DNA of 64,000 bases from an uncultured Alphaproteobacteria bacterium (lineage in GTDB: Bacteria > Pseudomonadota > Alphaproteobacteria > HIMB59 > GCA-002718135), in the NCBI GenBank assembly GCA_902602515.1, contig CACKRG010000004.1, positions 2,405-66,404 of the forward strand, written 5' to 3'. This document shows, one piece after another, positions 32,712 to 43,977 of the stretch. A program made the translations under genes and the position numbers. Position 1 is the stretch's first letter. The number at the start of each line of letters is the position of its first letter. The notes beneath the pieces are model-generated. The model did not search any database. It saw nothing but the letters and a program-made list of their open reading frames with translations, and was not told the origin of the DNA.

Positions 32712-33344
32712 ATGGGAAAAGTGATAGCATTTTCTAATCAAAAGGGTGGTTCTGGAAAATCAACTCTATCAGCCAACATGGCCGTTCTTTGGAGTAATAG
32801 TGGTTATAAAGTTGCAGTTATTGATGCAGACGCTCAAAAAAGCCTTACTTATTGGCTTGAGTCAAGAAAAGGCTATTATGGAGAGGATGATATTGGGATT
32901 ACAAAGTTAGAATTTGATATTAGAAATCTAATTGAAGATATTAAAGCTATAAAAAGAAAATTTGACTTCATTATTATCGATAGCCCACCTTCTATTACTT
33001 TTGAGACAATGCAAGTTGTTAAAGCTTCGGATAGAGTATTTGTACCTGTTCAACCAAGTCCTGTAGACTTAATGGCAACACTTCCGTTTTTAAAAATTGC
33101 AAAACAAGAAAGAAAGAACCCAATAATAATTTTAAATAGAGTTATGCCAAGAGCTAAATTAACTGATGCTATGATTTTAAGATTGAGATATGCAGGTGCA
33201 AAGATAGCCCGTTCAAGAATTTCAAGCAAAGTTTTGTTTGCGGAAACCTTTTCTGTTGGGAGAGGGGTAGTTGATATAAGTGTTACCTCTGATGCTTCTA
33301 AAGAAATAATTAATGTAGGAAATGAAATTTTGAGAAATTTCTAA
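32712..33344 (+). CDS. Small ParA/MinD-family P-loop ATPase (orphan, no ParB nearby)
   Basis: 210 aa. Deviant Walker A context NQKGGSGKST, AVIDADAQ and IIIDSPPS. Confidence 0.75.
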   Translation: MGKVIAFSNQKGGSGKSTLSANMAVLWSNSGYKVAVIDADAQKSLTYWLESRKGYYGEDDIGITKLEFDIRNLIEDIKAIKRKFDFIIIDSPPSITFETMQVVKASDRVFVPVQPSPVDLMATLPFLKIAKQERKNPIIILNRVMPRAKLTDAMILRLRYAGAKIARSRISSKVLFAETFSVGRGVVDISVTSDASKEIINVGNEILRNF

Positions 33345-33348
33345 ATTA

Positions 33349-34647
33349 ATGTCAGATATTACAACTGTTATACTTGCTGCAGGTAACAGCACACGTTTCA
33401 AAGCTAATACTTCAAAATTGCTTTATCCATTATGCGGATTGCCAATAATTTCTCATGTTTATAATATTGCAAAAAAAATATCTGGTAAAAAAGTATTTTT
33501 TGTTTGTAATCCAAAAAATAAAAAAGATATAAATTCTATTTTTAAAAATCCAAACATCGTAATTCAGGAAAAACAAAAAGGTACTGCACATGCCATTGAA
33601 AAAGTAAAAAACAAAATAAAATCAAAAAATATTTTAATTTTATTTGGAGATACCCCTTTAATAGAGTTATCTGATATTAAAAGACTAATTAACAAGTTTA
33701 AATTTTCAAAAGAAAAAATTTCATTGATAGCTTTTGAGACTAATAAACCTCATGGTTACGGTAGAGTTTTTTTAAAAAATAATAATGTTCAGGAAATTAT
33801 TGAAGAGATTAATTTAGAAACTAGTCAGAAAAATATCAATTTATGTAATTCTGGAATTCTATTAGCGAACAAAAAAATTTTATTTAATAATTTAAAATAT
33901 ATTAAAGAGCATAAATTAAAAAAAGAAAAATATCTTCCAGATATTTGTAAAATTCTATCTAATAAAGATATTTCAACTAGTTATATTAAATGTAAAGAAA
34001 ATAATATGATAGGAATAAACACTATTAGTGATTTTGTAAAAGCTCAAAATATTTTACAAAAAAAATACATTAATAAATTTATTAATAAAGGAGTAATTTT
34101 TTTAAAATCAGAAAGTTGTTATTTAAGTTATGATACAAAAATCGAACCTAATGTTGTTATAGAAGGTAATGTCACAATCAAAAATAATATTACGATCAAA
34201 AATGGATGTGTTATTAAAAATAATTCTTATTTAGAAGGTGCAGTAATAAATAGTAACTGTATAGTCGGACCATCTGCAAGAATTAGACCTAAATCATTCA
34301 TTGGTAAAAATTCAAAAATTGGAAATTTTGTAGAAATAAAAAATTCAAAAATAGGAAATAATGTAGCTATTTCACATTTATCATATGTGGGAGATACATA
34401 CCTTGGAAATAATGTTAATATTGGCGCAGGAACTATTACTTGTAATTATGACGGTCAGAAAAAACAAAAGACAATAATAAAAGACAACGTATTTATTGGT
34501 TCAAATAGTTCTTTGATAGCTCCTATAGTTATTGAAACTAATTCAATTATTGGTGCAGGTAGCGTAATAACGAAAAATATTCCAAAAAAATCATTAGCTA
34601 TCGAAAGAACTGATCTTAAAATATTAAGAAATAAAAGAGTAAAATAA
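33349..34647 (+). CDS. glmU: Bifunctional GlcNAc-1-P uridyltransferase / GlcN-1-P acetyltransferase
   Basis: 432 aa. ILAAGNSTRF N-terminal nucleotidyltransferase motif and C-terminal left-handed beta-helix hexapeptide repeats (NVNIGAGTITCNYDG). Confidence 0.85.
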   Translation: MSDITTVILAAGNSTRFKANTSKLLYPLCGLPIISHVYNIAKKISGKKVFFVCNPKNKKDINSIFKNPNIVIQEKQKGTAHAIEKVKNKIKSKNILILFGDTPLIELSDIKRLINKFKFSKEKISLIAFETNKPHGYGRVFLKNNNVQEIIEEINLETSQKNINLCNSGILLANKKILFNNLKYIKEHKLKKEKYLPDICKILSNKDISTSYIKCKENNMIGINTISDFVKAQNILQKKYINKFINKGVIFLKSESCYLSYDTKIEPNVVIEGNVTIKNNITIKNGCVIKNNSYLEGAVINSNCIVGPSARIRPKSFIGKNSKIGNFVEIKNSKIGNNVAISHLSYVGDTYLGNNVNIGAGTITCNYDGQKKQKTIIKDNVFIGSNSSLIAPIVIETNSIIGAGSVITKNIPKKSLAIERTDLKILRNKRVK

Positions 34648-34692
34648 TATTACTTGTTTCTGTTTAACTATGAGTTTATTAGCTCTTTTTAT

Positions 34693-36066
34693 ATGAATAA
34701 TGACTGGTCGCCAAAAAGCTGGAGAAAAAAAAATGCTCTTCATATGCCAAATTACACAAATGATCATGAATTAAAAAAAACACTACTAGATATTTCAAAG
34801 TATCCACCTTTAGTATTTGCAGGAGAAGCTAGATTATTAAAACAAAAACTTGCAGAAGTTTCTATTGGGAATGCTTTTTTATTACAAGGGGGAGATTGTG
34901 CTGAAAGTTTTGCAGATTTTCATCCAGATAATATTAGAGATACATTCAAAGTCATTTTACAAATGGCAGTCGTTCTAACTTTTGGTGCTTCGTGCCCTGT
35001 AGTAAAAGTGGGAAGAATTGCTGGTCAATTTGCAAAACCAAGATCATCAGCTACTGAAATAATAAATGATATAGAATTAGAATCATATAAAGGTGATATT
35101 ATAAATGGTATTGATTTTAATGAGAAAGATCGCAATCCTGATCCAAAAAGACTTAAGCAAGCTTATAATCAATCTGCAGCAACTCTCAATCTATTAAGAG
35201 CTTTTTCTCAAGGTGGTTTTGCAAATTTGAGTAAAATTCATCAATGGAACTTAAATTTTGTAAAAGATGAAAATGCAACAAAATTCAGAGAAATTTCTAG
35301 TAGAATTGATGAATGTTTATCTTTTATGGAAGCTTGTGGCATAAATGGAAATAGTGTTCGTCAACTTAATGAAACTGATTTTTTCACAAGTCATGAGGCA
35401 TTGCTCCTTCAATACGAAGAAGCTTTAACTAGAGTAGATAGCACATCAGGTAAATGGTACGATGTGTCTGCACACATGTTGTGGGTAGGCGATAGAACAA
35501 AACAAATAGATGGTGCACATATTGAATTCTTGAAAGGTATTGAAAATCCTATAGGAATTAAAGTAGGTCCTACAACAAAAACAGATGAGTTACTTAAAAT
35601 TTTGGATAAGTTAAATCCTCTTAATGAACCTGGTAAGATAACTCTTATTTGCAGAATGGGACATGAAAAAGTAAGCGGTATACTTCCAAAAATTATTAAT
35701 AAAGTGCATAATTCTGGAAAATCAGTGGTGTGGACTTGCGATCCAATGCATGGAAATACCATTAAATCAAATACAGGTTTTAAAACAAGGCCTTTAAAAG
35801 ATATAATTTCTGAAATTCAGCAATTTTTTCAAATTCATAAAACAGAAGGCACATATCCAGGCGGTGTTCATTTAGAAATGACAGGTCAAGATGTAACAGA
35901 ATGTATGGGAGGTCTTCAAGAAATAACAGATGAAGATCTTAAAAATAGATATCATACATATTGTGATCCGAGACTAAATGCCTCGCAGTCATTAGAATTG
36001 GCTTTTTTGTTATCTGATTATTTAAAAGACGAAAAATTATTTTCAAAGAAATCTTCAAATCTATAA
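34693..36066 (+). CDS. 3-deoxy-7-phosphoheptulonate (DAHP) synthase, class II
   Basis: Trimmed to ATG 34693 ([13 protein letters not shown]...). [30 protein letters not shown] and [10 protein letters not shown] are class II DAHPS blocks. Confidence 0.9.
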   Translation: MNNDWSPKSWRKKNALHMPNYTNDHELKKTLLDISKYPPLVFAGEARLLKQKLAEVSIGNAFLLQGGDCAESFADFHPDNIRDTFKVILQMAVVLTFGASCPVVKVGRIAGQFAKPRSSATEIINDIELESYKGDIINGIDFNEKDRNPDPKRLKQAYNQSAATLNLLRAFSQGGFANLSKIHQWNLNFVKDENATKFREISSRIDECLSFMEACGINGNSVRQLNETDFFTSHEALLLQYEEALTRVDSTSGKWYDVSAHMLWVGDRTKQIDGAHIEFLKGIENPIGIKVGPTTKTDELLKILDKLNPLNEPGKITLICRMGHEKVSGILPKIINKVHNSGKSVVWTCDPMHGNTIKSNTGFKTRPLKDIISEIQQFFQIHKTEGTYPGGVHLEMTGQDVTECMGGLQEITDEDLKNRYHTYCDPRLNASQSLELAFLLSDYLKDEKLFSKKSSNL

Positions 36067-36087
36067 ATTTAAATTTATATAATAATT

Positions 36088-36828
36088 ATGAATTCTAAAG
36101 AAAAAATTAATTATATTTCTATGTGGATTAAGGATTATGCTGAGAAAATTAGTAATAAACCAAAAACACTAGTAATAGGTGTATCTGGTGGTGTTGACTC
36201 TGCACTTACAAGTACTCTGTGTGCAAAAACTGGTTTGAAAACAATAGCAGTATCAATGCCAATTAAACAAAATTTGTCTCAGCACGATTTAAGTCTAAGA
36301 CACCTTAAATTTTTAAAAGATAGTTTCTCTAATGTAGAAACTAAAACAATTGAATTAGATAATGTTTTTAAAATTTTCCAAGATACAATGCAAAACGATG
36401 ATAGTGAACTAGCTTTCGCTAATTCTAAATCTAGGTTAAGAATGGTTACATTATATCAAATAGCTCAGAGCAATAATGGTATAGTTGTAGGAACTGGAAA
36501 TAAAGTCGAAGATTTTGGTGTTGGATTTTATACAAAATATGGTGATGGTGGTGTTGACATATCACCAATTGCTGATTGTACCAAATCTGAAGTTTGGCAA
36601 TTAGCTAAAGAAATTGGTGTTGATAAAGATATCATTAGCGCTGCACCCACAGATGGTTTATGGGATGATAATAGAAATGATGAAAATCAACTTGGTTTGT
36701 CATATAAGCAATTAGAAGAAGCAATGGAAAATATGTCTAGTGAATATTATAGTAAATATGAAGATATTCGAAAACCTAATCTTCATAAGATGAGACCTAT
36801 TCCAGTTTGCGAAATTCCTAAAGAATAA
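36088..36828 (+). CDS. nadE: Ammonia-dependent NAD+ synthetase
   Basis: 246 aa. The VIGVSGGVDSA PP-loop and GTGNKVEDFGVGFYTKYGDGG. Confidence 0.85.
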   Translation: MNSKEKINYISMWIKDYAEKISNKPKTLVIGVSGGVDSALTSTLCAKTGLKTIAVSMPIKQNLSQHDLSLRHLKFLKDSFSNVETKTIELDNVFKIFQDTMQNDDSELAFANSKSRLRMVTLYQIAQSNNGIVVGTGNKVEDFGVGFYTKYGDGGVDISPIADCTKSEVWQLAKEIGVDKDIISAAPTDGLWDDNRNDENQLGLSYKQLEEAMENMSSEYYSKYEDIRKPNLHKMRPIPVCEIPKE

Positions 36829-36829
36829 A

Positions 36830-38164
36830 ATGAAATGTAGGTTTGCACCTAGCCCTACAGGAAAAATACATATTGGTAATGCCAGATCAGCTATTTTAAA
36901 CTGGGTATTTTGCAAAAAAAATAATGGTGAATTTGTTTTAAGAATTGACGATACTGATGTTAGTAGGAGCACAAAAGAGTATGAGGAACAAATAAAAAAT
37001 GATCTTAAATGGCTTGGTTTAAACTGGAGTTATACATTTAATCAATCTGCACGATCAGATATTTACAACAAAAAAATTCAACTTCTAAAAGATAATAATA
37101 GACTCTATCCATGCTTTGAAACTGAAGAAGAGCTATCCTTAAAGAAAAAATCATTATTGTCATCAGGAAAGCCACCAATTTATGATAGATCTTCTTTAAA
37201 TCTATCAAACGAAGAAATTGAAAAAAAAATTAGTTTAGGAATTAAGCCTCATTGGAGATTTAAATTAACCAATGAAGTAATAACATGGAATGATATTATT
37301 AAAGGAACAGTTTCATTTGATACAAAAAATTTAAGTGATCCAGTTTTAATAAGAGCCGATGGATCTTTACTATATCATTTACCTTCTGTTGTTGATGATA
37401 TTGAAGAAGAAATTACTCATATAATAAGAGGTGAAGATCATATAGCTAATACTGCTTATCATATTCAAATTTTTAAAGCACTTGATTCTTCCGTACCATC
37501 TTTTGCTCACCATCCTTTCTTAGTTGACGAAACAGGGAAAGGCTTTAGTAAAAGACTTGGGAGTTTATCAATTGAAAATTTTAGAAATGATGGATTTGAA
37601 AATATTACTTTACTTAATTATTTCCTTTTTCTTGGTTCAAGCAATAATATTGATCCAATAAAAGATTTAAAAGAGATAACTAATAAATTCGAAATTAAAA
37701 ATTTATCAAAATCTGCTGCAAAATTTTCAATTGAATCACTAAAAAATCTTAATCAAGATACCATTAAGTTATTTAATTACGAAGAAATAAAAGAAAAATT
37801 AAAAAATATTAAAAACGAATTTAATAATGAAAATTTTTGGATATTTGTAAAAAATAATATCATATTTGTAAAAGATGCTGAAGATTGGCAAGAGGTAATT
37901 AATAAAAGAATTAATTTTAAAGATTTTGATATTGATGAGAACTTTATTAAAGTTGCAATTGATGAATTGCCTGATGATCCTTTTGATGAAAGAACTTGGG
38001 ATAGTTGGACATCAAAAATAAATAATAAAACTGGTCTTAAGGGTAAAGATTTGTTTATGCCTCTTAGGTTAGTTTTAACAGGAAAATCTCATGGTCCTGA
38101 ATTAAAACATCTATTGCCATTGTTTGATAAAAACGGAATTTTGCAAAAACTTGGAAAAATCTAG
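36830..38164 (+). CDS. gltX: Glutamyl-tRNA synthetase
   Basis: 444 aa. RFAPSPTGKIHIGNARSA (HIGH-type) and GFSKRLGS (KMSKS-type) motifs. The IRGEDH block. Confidence 0.85.
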   Translation: MKCRFAPSPTGKIHIGNARSAILNWVFCKKNNGEFVLRIDDTDVSRSTKEYEEQIKNDLKWLGLNWSYTFNQSARSDIYNKKIQLLKDNNRLYPCFETEEELSLKKKSLLSSGKPPIYDRSSLNLSNEEIEKKISLGIKPHWRFKLTNEVITWNDIIKGTVSFDTKNLSDPVLIRADGSLLYHLPSVVDDIEEEITHIIRGEDHIANTAYHIQIFKALDSSVPSFAHHPFLVDETGKGFSKRLGSLSIENFRNDGFENITLLNYFLFLGSSNNIDPIKDLKEITNKFEIKNLSKSAAKFSIESLKNLNQDTIKLFNYEEIKEKLKNIKNEFNNENFWIFVKNNIIFVKDAEDWQEVINKRINFKDFDIDENFIKVAIDELPDDPFDERTWDSWTSKINNKTGLKGKDLFMPLRLVLTGKSHGPELKHLLPLFDKNGILQKLGKI

Positions 38165-38202
38165 CAATATTTAATTTATGCTCTATTAGCTTGCTAATAA
38201 TT

Positions 38203-39789
38203 ATGAAAGACAAAGTATATCTATTCGATACCACTTTAAGAGATGGACAACAAACTACTGGGGTAAACTTCTCAGTTAGTGATAAAATGACTATATCTAA
38301 ACAATTAGATGATATAGGAATTGACTATATCGAAGGTGGCTGGCCTGGAGCAAACCCTACTGATAATGATTTTTTTTCAAGAGATACTAAATTTGAAAAA
38401 AGTAAACTGACTGCTTTTGGTATGACTAGAAGACCGGGTAGAAGTGCTGAAAATGACCCTGGTTTAAACGCACTAATTAATTCAAGTGCAAGTTGTGTTT
38501 GTATCGTAGGTAAATCATCATCATTTCACGTAAAAAATGCTTTAGAAATATCTGAAGATGAAAATTTAAAAATGATTAGTGAATCTATTCAATTAATAAA
38601 AAATAAAAATAAAGAACCAATATTTGATGCAGAACATTTTTTTGATGGATTTAAAGAAAACAAAGATTTTGCTTTAAGATGTATAAATACAGCTTATGAC
38701 TCTGGAGCCAGATGGATTGTTCTATGTGATACAAATGGAGGTACGCTACCAAATGAAATTTACCATATTGTTACAGAAGTAGTAAAAATTATTCCAGGTC
38801 AAAATGTTGGCATTCATGCACATAATGATACAGATAATGCTGTTGCTAATGCATTAGCCGCTGTTGAAGCTGGAGCAAGACAAATACAAGGTACAATAAA
38901 TGGATTAGGAGAAAGGTGTGGAAATACAAATTTAATTTCTTTAATTCCATCTTTAGTTTTAAAAACAAAATATAATACAAATATTTCTAAAGATAAGTTA
39001 AAAAATTTAATTAGTATTTCTAGATCTTTAAATGATATTTTGAATATTCCTTCAAGAAAAAATGCACCTTATGTTGGTGATCATGCTTTTTCTCACAAGG
39101 GTGGATTACATGCATCCGCTGTAGAAAAAAATTCATCAACTTATGAGCATATTGAGCCTGAAATAGTTGGTAATTCTAGAAATGTAGTAATTTCTAATCA
39201 GGCAGGAAGATCAAATATATTAAATCGATTAAACAAATTAGACATTACTTTACAAAATAATGAAATAAATAATATTTTAGATATTATTAAAGAAAAAGAA
39301 TCTGAAGGTTATTCGTTTGATACAGCTTTAGCAAGTTTTGAACTATTAGTAAGACGTCATCTTGGTCATTTTGATGATTTCTATAATTTAGAAAAATTTA
39401 AAGTTACTGATGAAAGAAGATGGAATGCAAAAGGTCAAATTGTTACAGAATCTGAAGCAACTGTATTTTTGAAAGTTAAAGAGTCAAATAAAATGACTGT
39501 AGGAGTTGGTAATGGACCTGTTAATGCTATAGACAGTGCTTTAAGGAAAGCTTTAATTGATTATTATCCAACTTTAAAAAATTTAAAACTCACTGATTAC
39601 AAGGTAATGATTCTCTCTTCAGAAAAAGGTACTGGTGCCATTACTAGAGTTTTAATTGAATCATCTGATTCAACAAATACCCATTGGACAACTATTGGTG
39701 TATCACCTAATATTATTGACGCATCCTACAGTGCTATTTTTGACAGTATTACCTTTAAATTATTTAATGATTTAAAAAGTAAAAATTGA
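38203..39789 (+). CDS. cimA: Citramalate synthase / 2-isopropylmalate synthase-family enzyme (CimA-type)
   Basis: Trimmed to ATG 38203. LFDTTLRDGQQ, GIHAHNDTDNAVAN and a C-terminal LeuA-dimer-like domain. Length and N-terminus fit CimA. Confidence 0.75.
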   Translation: MKDKVYLFDTTLRDGQQTTGVNFSVSDKMTISKQLDDIGIDYIEGGWPGANPTDNDFFSRDTKFEKSKLTAFGMTRRPGRSAENDPGLNALINSSASCVCIVGKSSSFHVKNALEISEDENLKMISESIQLIKNKNKEPIFDAEHFFDGFKENKDFALRCINTAYDSGARWIVLCDTNGGTLPNEIYHIVTEVVKIIPGQNVGIHAHNDTDNAVANALAAVEAGARQIQGTINGLGERCGNTNLISLIPSLVLKTKYNTNISKDKLKNLISISRSLNDILNIPSRKNAPYVGDHAFSHKGGLHASAVEKNSSTYEHIEPEIVGNSRNVVISNQAGRSNILNRLNKLDITLQNNEINNILDIIKEKESEGYSFDTALASFELLVRRHLGHFDDFYNLEKFKVTDERRWNAKGQIVTESEATVFLKVKESNKMTVGVGNGPVNAIDSALRKALIDYYPTLKNLKLTDYKVMILSSEKGTGAITRVLIESSDSTNTHWTTIGVSPNIIDASYSAIFDSITFKLFNDLKSKN

Positions 39790-40502
39790 AACATATAAAC
39801 CCAAGTATAATTTTAGTAAGGCCACAACTTCCTGAAAATATTGGAATGGTTGCTCGTGTAATGCATAATTTTGGACTTAAAGATTTAGTGCTTGTATCGC
39901 CAAAAGATAATTGGTTAAATAGTAAATCAATTAACGCCTCAAAAAAAGCAAATAAAATCATAAAGAATGTAAAAGTTTATAATACCTTACAAAGTGCAAT
40001 AAGTAAAAGTAAGTATACATATGTTGTTGCTACTACAAATAGAATTAGATATTTAGAAAAAAATTCTACAAGTGATTTTAAATTTATAAAAAAAAAATTT
40101 TTATCAAATAATAAAATTGCTATCCTTTTTGGACCAGAAAATTCAGGTTTATCAAATGAAGATTTAAGTTTGTCGGATCTTATTTTTACAATTCAAACAA
40201 ATAATAGTAGTAATTCTTTAAATCTCTCACATGCTGTCACCATATTTTGCTATAAATTATTTGAATTTAATGACTTAAAAAGTTTTAAAAATATAAAAAT
40301 TAAAAAAGATATTGCAAATAAGCTTCAATTATCAAAATTTCTTAATTATTTGATTACAAATCTTGACAATAAGAATTTTTTTACTCCAAAAGAAAAAAAA
40401 GATAGTATGAAAAATAACATTTATGCTATTTTTACTAAGATACCATTTACAAAGAAAGAACTTCAAACTTTATGGGGAATAGTAAAAAATCTTACTAAAT
40501 AA
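39786..40502 (+). CDS. SpoU/TrmH-family RNA 2'-O-methyltransferase (TrmJ/LasT-like)
   Basis: 238 aa, TTG start in a TTGA overlap with the cimA stop. LVRPQLPENIGMVARVMHNFG, FGPENSGLSNEDL and NLSHAV motifs. Confidence 0.75.
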   Translation: MKHINPSIILVRPQLPENIGMVARVMHNFGLKDLVLVSPKDNWLNSKSINASKKANKIIKNVKVYNTLQSAISKSKYTYVVATTNRIRYLEKNSTSDFKFIKKKFLSNNKIAILFGPENSGLSNEDLSLSDLIFTIQTNNSSNSLNLSHAVTIFCYKLFEFNDLKSFKNIKIKKDIANKLQLSKFLNYLITNLDNKNFFTPKEKKDSMKNNIYAIFTKIPFTKKELQTLWGIVKNLTK

Positions 40503-40525
40503 GCCAAATTTTGAATATATTAAAT

Positions 40526-40553
40526 TTGACATAATTTTGTAAATCACTATATA
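40526..40553 (+). promoter_or_regulatory. Putative sigma70-type promoter of rpsD
   Basis: TTGACA (40526-40531), a 16-nt spacer and TATATA (40548-40553). It ends 12 nt upstream of the rpsD ATG. Confidence 0.35.
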
Positions 40554-40565
40554 CGCCTCATATTA

Positions 40566-41186
40566 ATGACAAAAAGACATAATACTAAATATAAAATTGA
40601 TAGAAGGTTGGGAGTTAATCTTTGGGGAAGACCAAAAAGTCCTTTTAATAGAAGGAACTCTAAACCAGGTCAGCATGGAGTTCAAGGTCAGAGAAAAAAG
40701 CTTTCTGATTATGGAAATCAGCTGTTTGCAAAACAAAAATTAAAATTTTATTATGGCGATCTCACAGAGCGACAATTTAGAAATATTTTTAAAAAAGCAT
40801 CAAACACTAAAGGTGATACAAGTCAAATTCTTATAGAGCTTTTAGAAAGAAGATTGGATGCTACAGTTTATAGAATGAAGTTTGTTCCTACAATTTTTGC
40901 TGCTAGACAACTAGTTAATCATGGGCATGTTAAAGTTAATGGTAAAAGAGTTAATATTCCTTCTTTCAGTGTAAGTGATGGTGACGAAATTTCAATCAAA
41001 GATAAGAGCAAGGAAATAAATTTAATTGTTGAATCAGTCAGTTCGCAAGAAAGAGAAATTCCCGAATATCTTGAAGTAGATGTCAAAGAACTAAAAGGAC
41101 GTTTTCTCAGAGCTCCTTTAATACATGATGTCCCTTATCCTGTAACTATGGAGCCTAACTTAGTTATTGAGTATTATTCTCGATAA
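40566..41186 (+). CDS. rpsD: 30S ribosomal protein S4
   Basis: 206 aa. [28 protein letters not shown] and the [15 protein letters not shown]4 domain. Confidence 0.95.
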   Translation: MTKRHNTKYKIDRRLGVNLWGRPKSPFNRRNSKPGQHGVQGQRKKLSDYGNQLFAKQKLKFYYGDLTERQFRNIFKKASNTKGDTSQILIELLERRLDATVYRMKFVPTIFAARQLVNHGHVKVNGKRVNIPSFSVSDGDEISIKDKSKEINLIVESVSSQEREIPEYLEVDVKELKGRFLRAPLIHDVPYPVTMEPNLVIEYYSR

Positions 41187-42063
41187 TTTGACCTCTTATA
41201 ACATCGTAAATATATAAAATTATTCCTATCCAAATTACTATAAAAGAAATAAGTTTAGCCAAAAAAATATTCTCACCAAGTATAAACACTGAGGTTAAAA
41301 AATGAAATGAGGGTGCTAAATAAAATAATACTCCTGCAAGACCTAATTGAATAAACTTTAAGCCTAAATTAAAAAAAAATAATGGAAAAATTGTTACAGC
41401 TCCAGTTAAAATTAAAAAAATTGTTGTTCTGGGGTCTACACTCAAAAAACTACTTTGACTTGTATTATATAGATAAATTAAGTAGGGTATTGAGATTAAG
41501 GTAATTAAAAATGATTCATATAACAAACCAATTGATGGTCTAACATCAATTTGCTTTCTTAGTAATCCATATATTGCCCAAGTTGATCCAATTGATATTA
41601 CAAGATATGGTATGCCATTCATGAAAAAAAATAAAATCACAATTGCTAAAAACATTAAAATTACTGAATATATTTTTAACTTACTTAATTTTTCTTTTAA
41701 AAATAAATATCCCAAAAAAATGCTTATCATTGGAGTAATAAAATACCCCATTGATGCATCCTGAACTCTTTCCTGGCTCACTGCATAAATAAAGCCTCCC
41801 CAATTAGATGCAATTAAAATAGCTGTAATACTTAATACTAATAATTTTTTTGATGATTTAAAAATATCAAAAAATTGACTGATATTAGAAATTGAAATAA
41901 GTATTATAAATAAAAATATAAAAGACCAGAAACCTCTATGAAGTACTACCTCAAGAGTATTTATATGGTTTAATTCATTAAAAAATAGTGGTTGGGGCAA
42001 GCCCCAGAAAATTGAAGCTATGCAAGTAAATATTACGCCCTTAGAAAAATTATTTGTAAACAA
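41164..42063 (-). CDS. rarD: EamA/DMT-family transporter (RarD-like)
   Basis: 299 aa, about 10 TM helices, TTG start. The N-terminal [14 protein letters not shown] is typical of RarD. Its 3' end overlaps the rpsD 3' end by 23 nt. Confidence 0.65.
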   Translation of the reverse strand: MFTNNFSKGVIFTCIASIFWGLPQPLFFNELNHINTLEVVLHRGFWSFIFLFIILISISNISQFFDIFKSSKKLLVLSITAILIASNWGGFIYAVSQERVQDASMGYFITPMISIFLGYLFLKEKLSKLKIYSVILMFLAIVILFFFMNGIPYLVISIGSTWAIYGLLRKQIDVRPSIGLLYESFLITLISIPYLIYLYNTSQSSFLSVDPRTTIFLILTGAVTIFPLFFFNLGLKFIQLGLAGVLFYLAPSFHFLTSVFILGENIFLAKLISFIVIWIGIILYIYDVIRGQIIENNTQ

Positions 42064-42064
42064 G

Positions 42065-42406
42065 TTATGATGGATTAACTTCTATCCCCTTGGTATTTAG
42101 CATTTCTAAAAGTTCACCACTCTCAAACATTTCAGTTACAATATCACATCCACCAACAAATTCTTTTTTTACATATAATTGAGGGATTGTAGGCCAGTTA
42201 GAATATTTTTTAATGCCTTCTCTCATTTCATCACTTTCTAATACATTAACGGTTTCGAACTTTACTCCAACATTATTAAGTATTTCAACAACTCTTGCGG
42301 AAAAACCACACATTGGAAAAACAGGTGTTCCTTTCATAAAAAGTATAACATCATTTGAATTAATTTCGTTTTCTATATTTTGAGAAACATGGTCTAAATT
42401 ATTCAT
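42065..42406 (-). CDS. grxD: Monothiol glutaredoxin (Grx4 family)
   Basis: 113 aa with a CGFS active site (PMCGFSARV) and WPTIPQLYV. Confidence 0.9.
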   Translation of the reverse strand: MNNLDHVSQNIENEINSNDVILFMKGTPVFPMCGFSARVVEILNNVGVKFETVNVLESDEMREGIKKYSNWPTIPQLYVKKEFVGGCDIVTEMFESGELLEMLNTKGIEVNPS

Positions 42407-42409
42407 TTA

Positions 42410-42640
42410 TTACTCCGATATTGTTTTAAGCTTGAGAGCATGTAATTCACTCCCCATTTTTCCTTTAAATGCATCATATACCATTTTATGCTGTTCTACT
42501 CTAGTTTTCCCATTGAATGACTTTGATTTAACAGTAGCACTGTAGTGGTCTCCATCACCTTTAAGATCTTCAATCTCCACAGTAGAATTTGGAATAGCAT
42601 TTGTTATAAATAGTTTAATTTCTTTTTCAGACATTGGCAT
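42410..42640 (-). CDS. bolA: BolA-family protein
   Basis: 76 aa. GDGDHYSATVKSKSFNGKTRVEQHKMVY is a BolA signature. It is linked to grxD, as is typical. Confidence 0.85.
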   Translation of the reverse strand: MPMSEKEIKLFITNAIPNSTVEIEDLKGDGDHYSATVKSKSFNGKTRVEQHKMVYDAFKGKMGSELHALKLKTISE

Positions 42641-42677
42641 AACTATTAAATAGTATACTTATATTAAAAAATAAAGA

Positions 42678-43970
42678 CTATTTAATCTTATTTTTGTAAA
42701 TCCAATCAATATTTTTAAGTTCATTAATATTTTTTACAATTTTTTTTAACTCGTTTAATTTAATTAATTTGTTCAACCTTTTATTAGCAAGCAAAACTTC
42801 TGAAAATACTTTCTTATTATTCCATGTTTCCATCGCACTTTCTTGAACAATTTTATATGCTAATTGTCTACTCAAACCTTTTTCAATTAATTTTAACATA
42901 ATATTATGAGTATTATGCAAACCTCCAAGCATATTTAAATTTTTCTTCATATTTTTTGGATAAACTTTTAGATTTTGAATAATAGTATTCAATCGTACAA
43001 GCGAAAAATCGGTTGCTATAGCAATATCAGGAGCCATAATTCTTTCAACACTAGAATGACTAATATCTCTTTCATGCCATAAAACAATGTTTTCTAATGA
43101 AGGTATGACTGCACTTCTTATGTATCTTGATATACCAGTTAAATTTTCACTCAAAACAGGGTTCCTTTTGTGAGGCATCGAAGATGATCCTTTTTGATTA
43201 TTTGAAAATTTTTCTTCAACCTCTAATACCTCTGTTTTTTGTAAATTTCTAATTTCAACTGCGAATCTCTCTATAGATGAAGCCAATATACCAAGGACAG
43301 AAAAAAAATAAGCATGTCTATCTCTAGGAATAACTTGTGTTGAAATATCTTCAGAATTAAGTTTAAGCTTTTTTGCTACATAATTCTGTATTCTGGGATC
43401 AATAGAATTAAATGTTCCAACAGGACCTGATATAGCACAAATTGAAATTTCTTTAATCGCCTGATCAAGTCTTAGTAAGTTTCTTTTAAATTCAAAATAA
43501 AAAGAGGATAATTTTAATCCAAATGTAATTGGCTCAGCATGGATCCCATGACTCCTTCCAATCATAATTGTATTTTTGTGTGTCTTTGATTTGACTTTTA
43601 AGCTTTTAATACATTCATGTAGATTATTTCTTATAATTTCAGCCGTTTGTTTTAGCTGAATTGAAAAAGATGTATCTATAATGTCACTAGAAGTAACACC
43701 AAAATGAAAAAATTTTGATGATTCTCCAATATATTTACTTACATTATTTATGTAGGCCACAACATCATGCTTTGTATCTTTTTCAAGTCTCTCAATTTCT
43801 TTAACACTAAATTTAGCTTTTTTTCTTATATCTTTTGCTGCCTTTTTAGGAATAATCCCAAGCTTAGCTTGCTTCTCAGCAATTAAACACTCAATCTCAG
43901 TCCAAATTTTAAATTTATTTTCTAACGACCAGATTTTTTCAATTATAGGTCTATTATATCTTGGAATCAT
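42678..43970 (-). CDS. purB: Adenylosuccinate lyase
   Basis: 430 aa. HFGVTSSDI and GSSSMPHKRNP fumarate-lyase signature. Confidence 0.9.
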   Translation of the reverse strand: MIPRYNRPIIEKIWSLENKFKIWTEIECLIAEKQAKLGIIPKKAAKDIRKKAKFSVKEIERLEKDTKHDVVAYINNVSKYIGESSKFFHFGVTSSDIIDTSFSIQLKQTAEIIRNNLHECIKSLKVKSKTHKNTIMIGRSHGIHAEPITFGLKLSSFYFEFKRNLLRLDQAIKEISICAISGPVGTFNSIDPRIQNYVAKKLKLNSEDISTQVIPRDRHAYFFSVLGILASSIERFAVEIRNLQKTEVLEVEEKFSNNQKGSSSMPHKRNPVLSENLTGISRYIRSAVIPSLENIVLWHERDISHSSVERIMAPDIAIATDFSLVRLNTIIQNLKVYPKNMKKNLNMLGGLHNTHNIMLKLIEKGLSRQLAYKIVQESAMETWNNKKVFSEVLLANKRLNKLIKLNELKKIVKNINELKNIDWIYKNKIK

Positions 43971-43977
43971 ATTTTAC

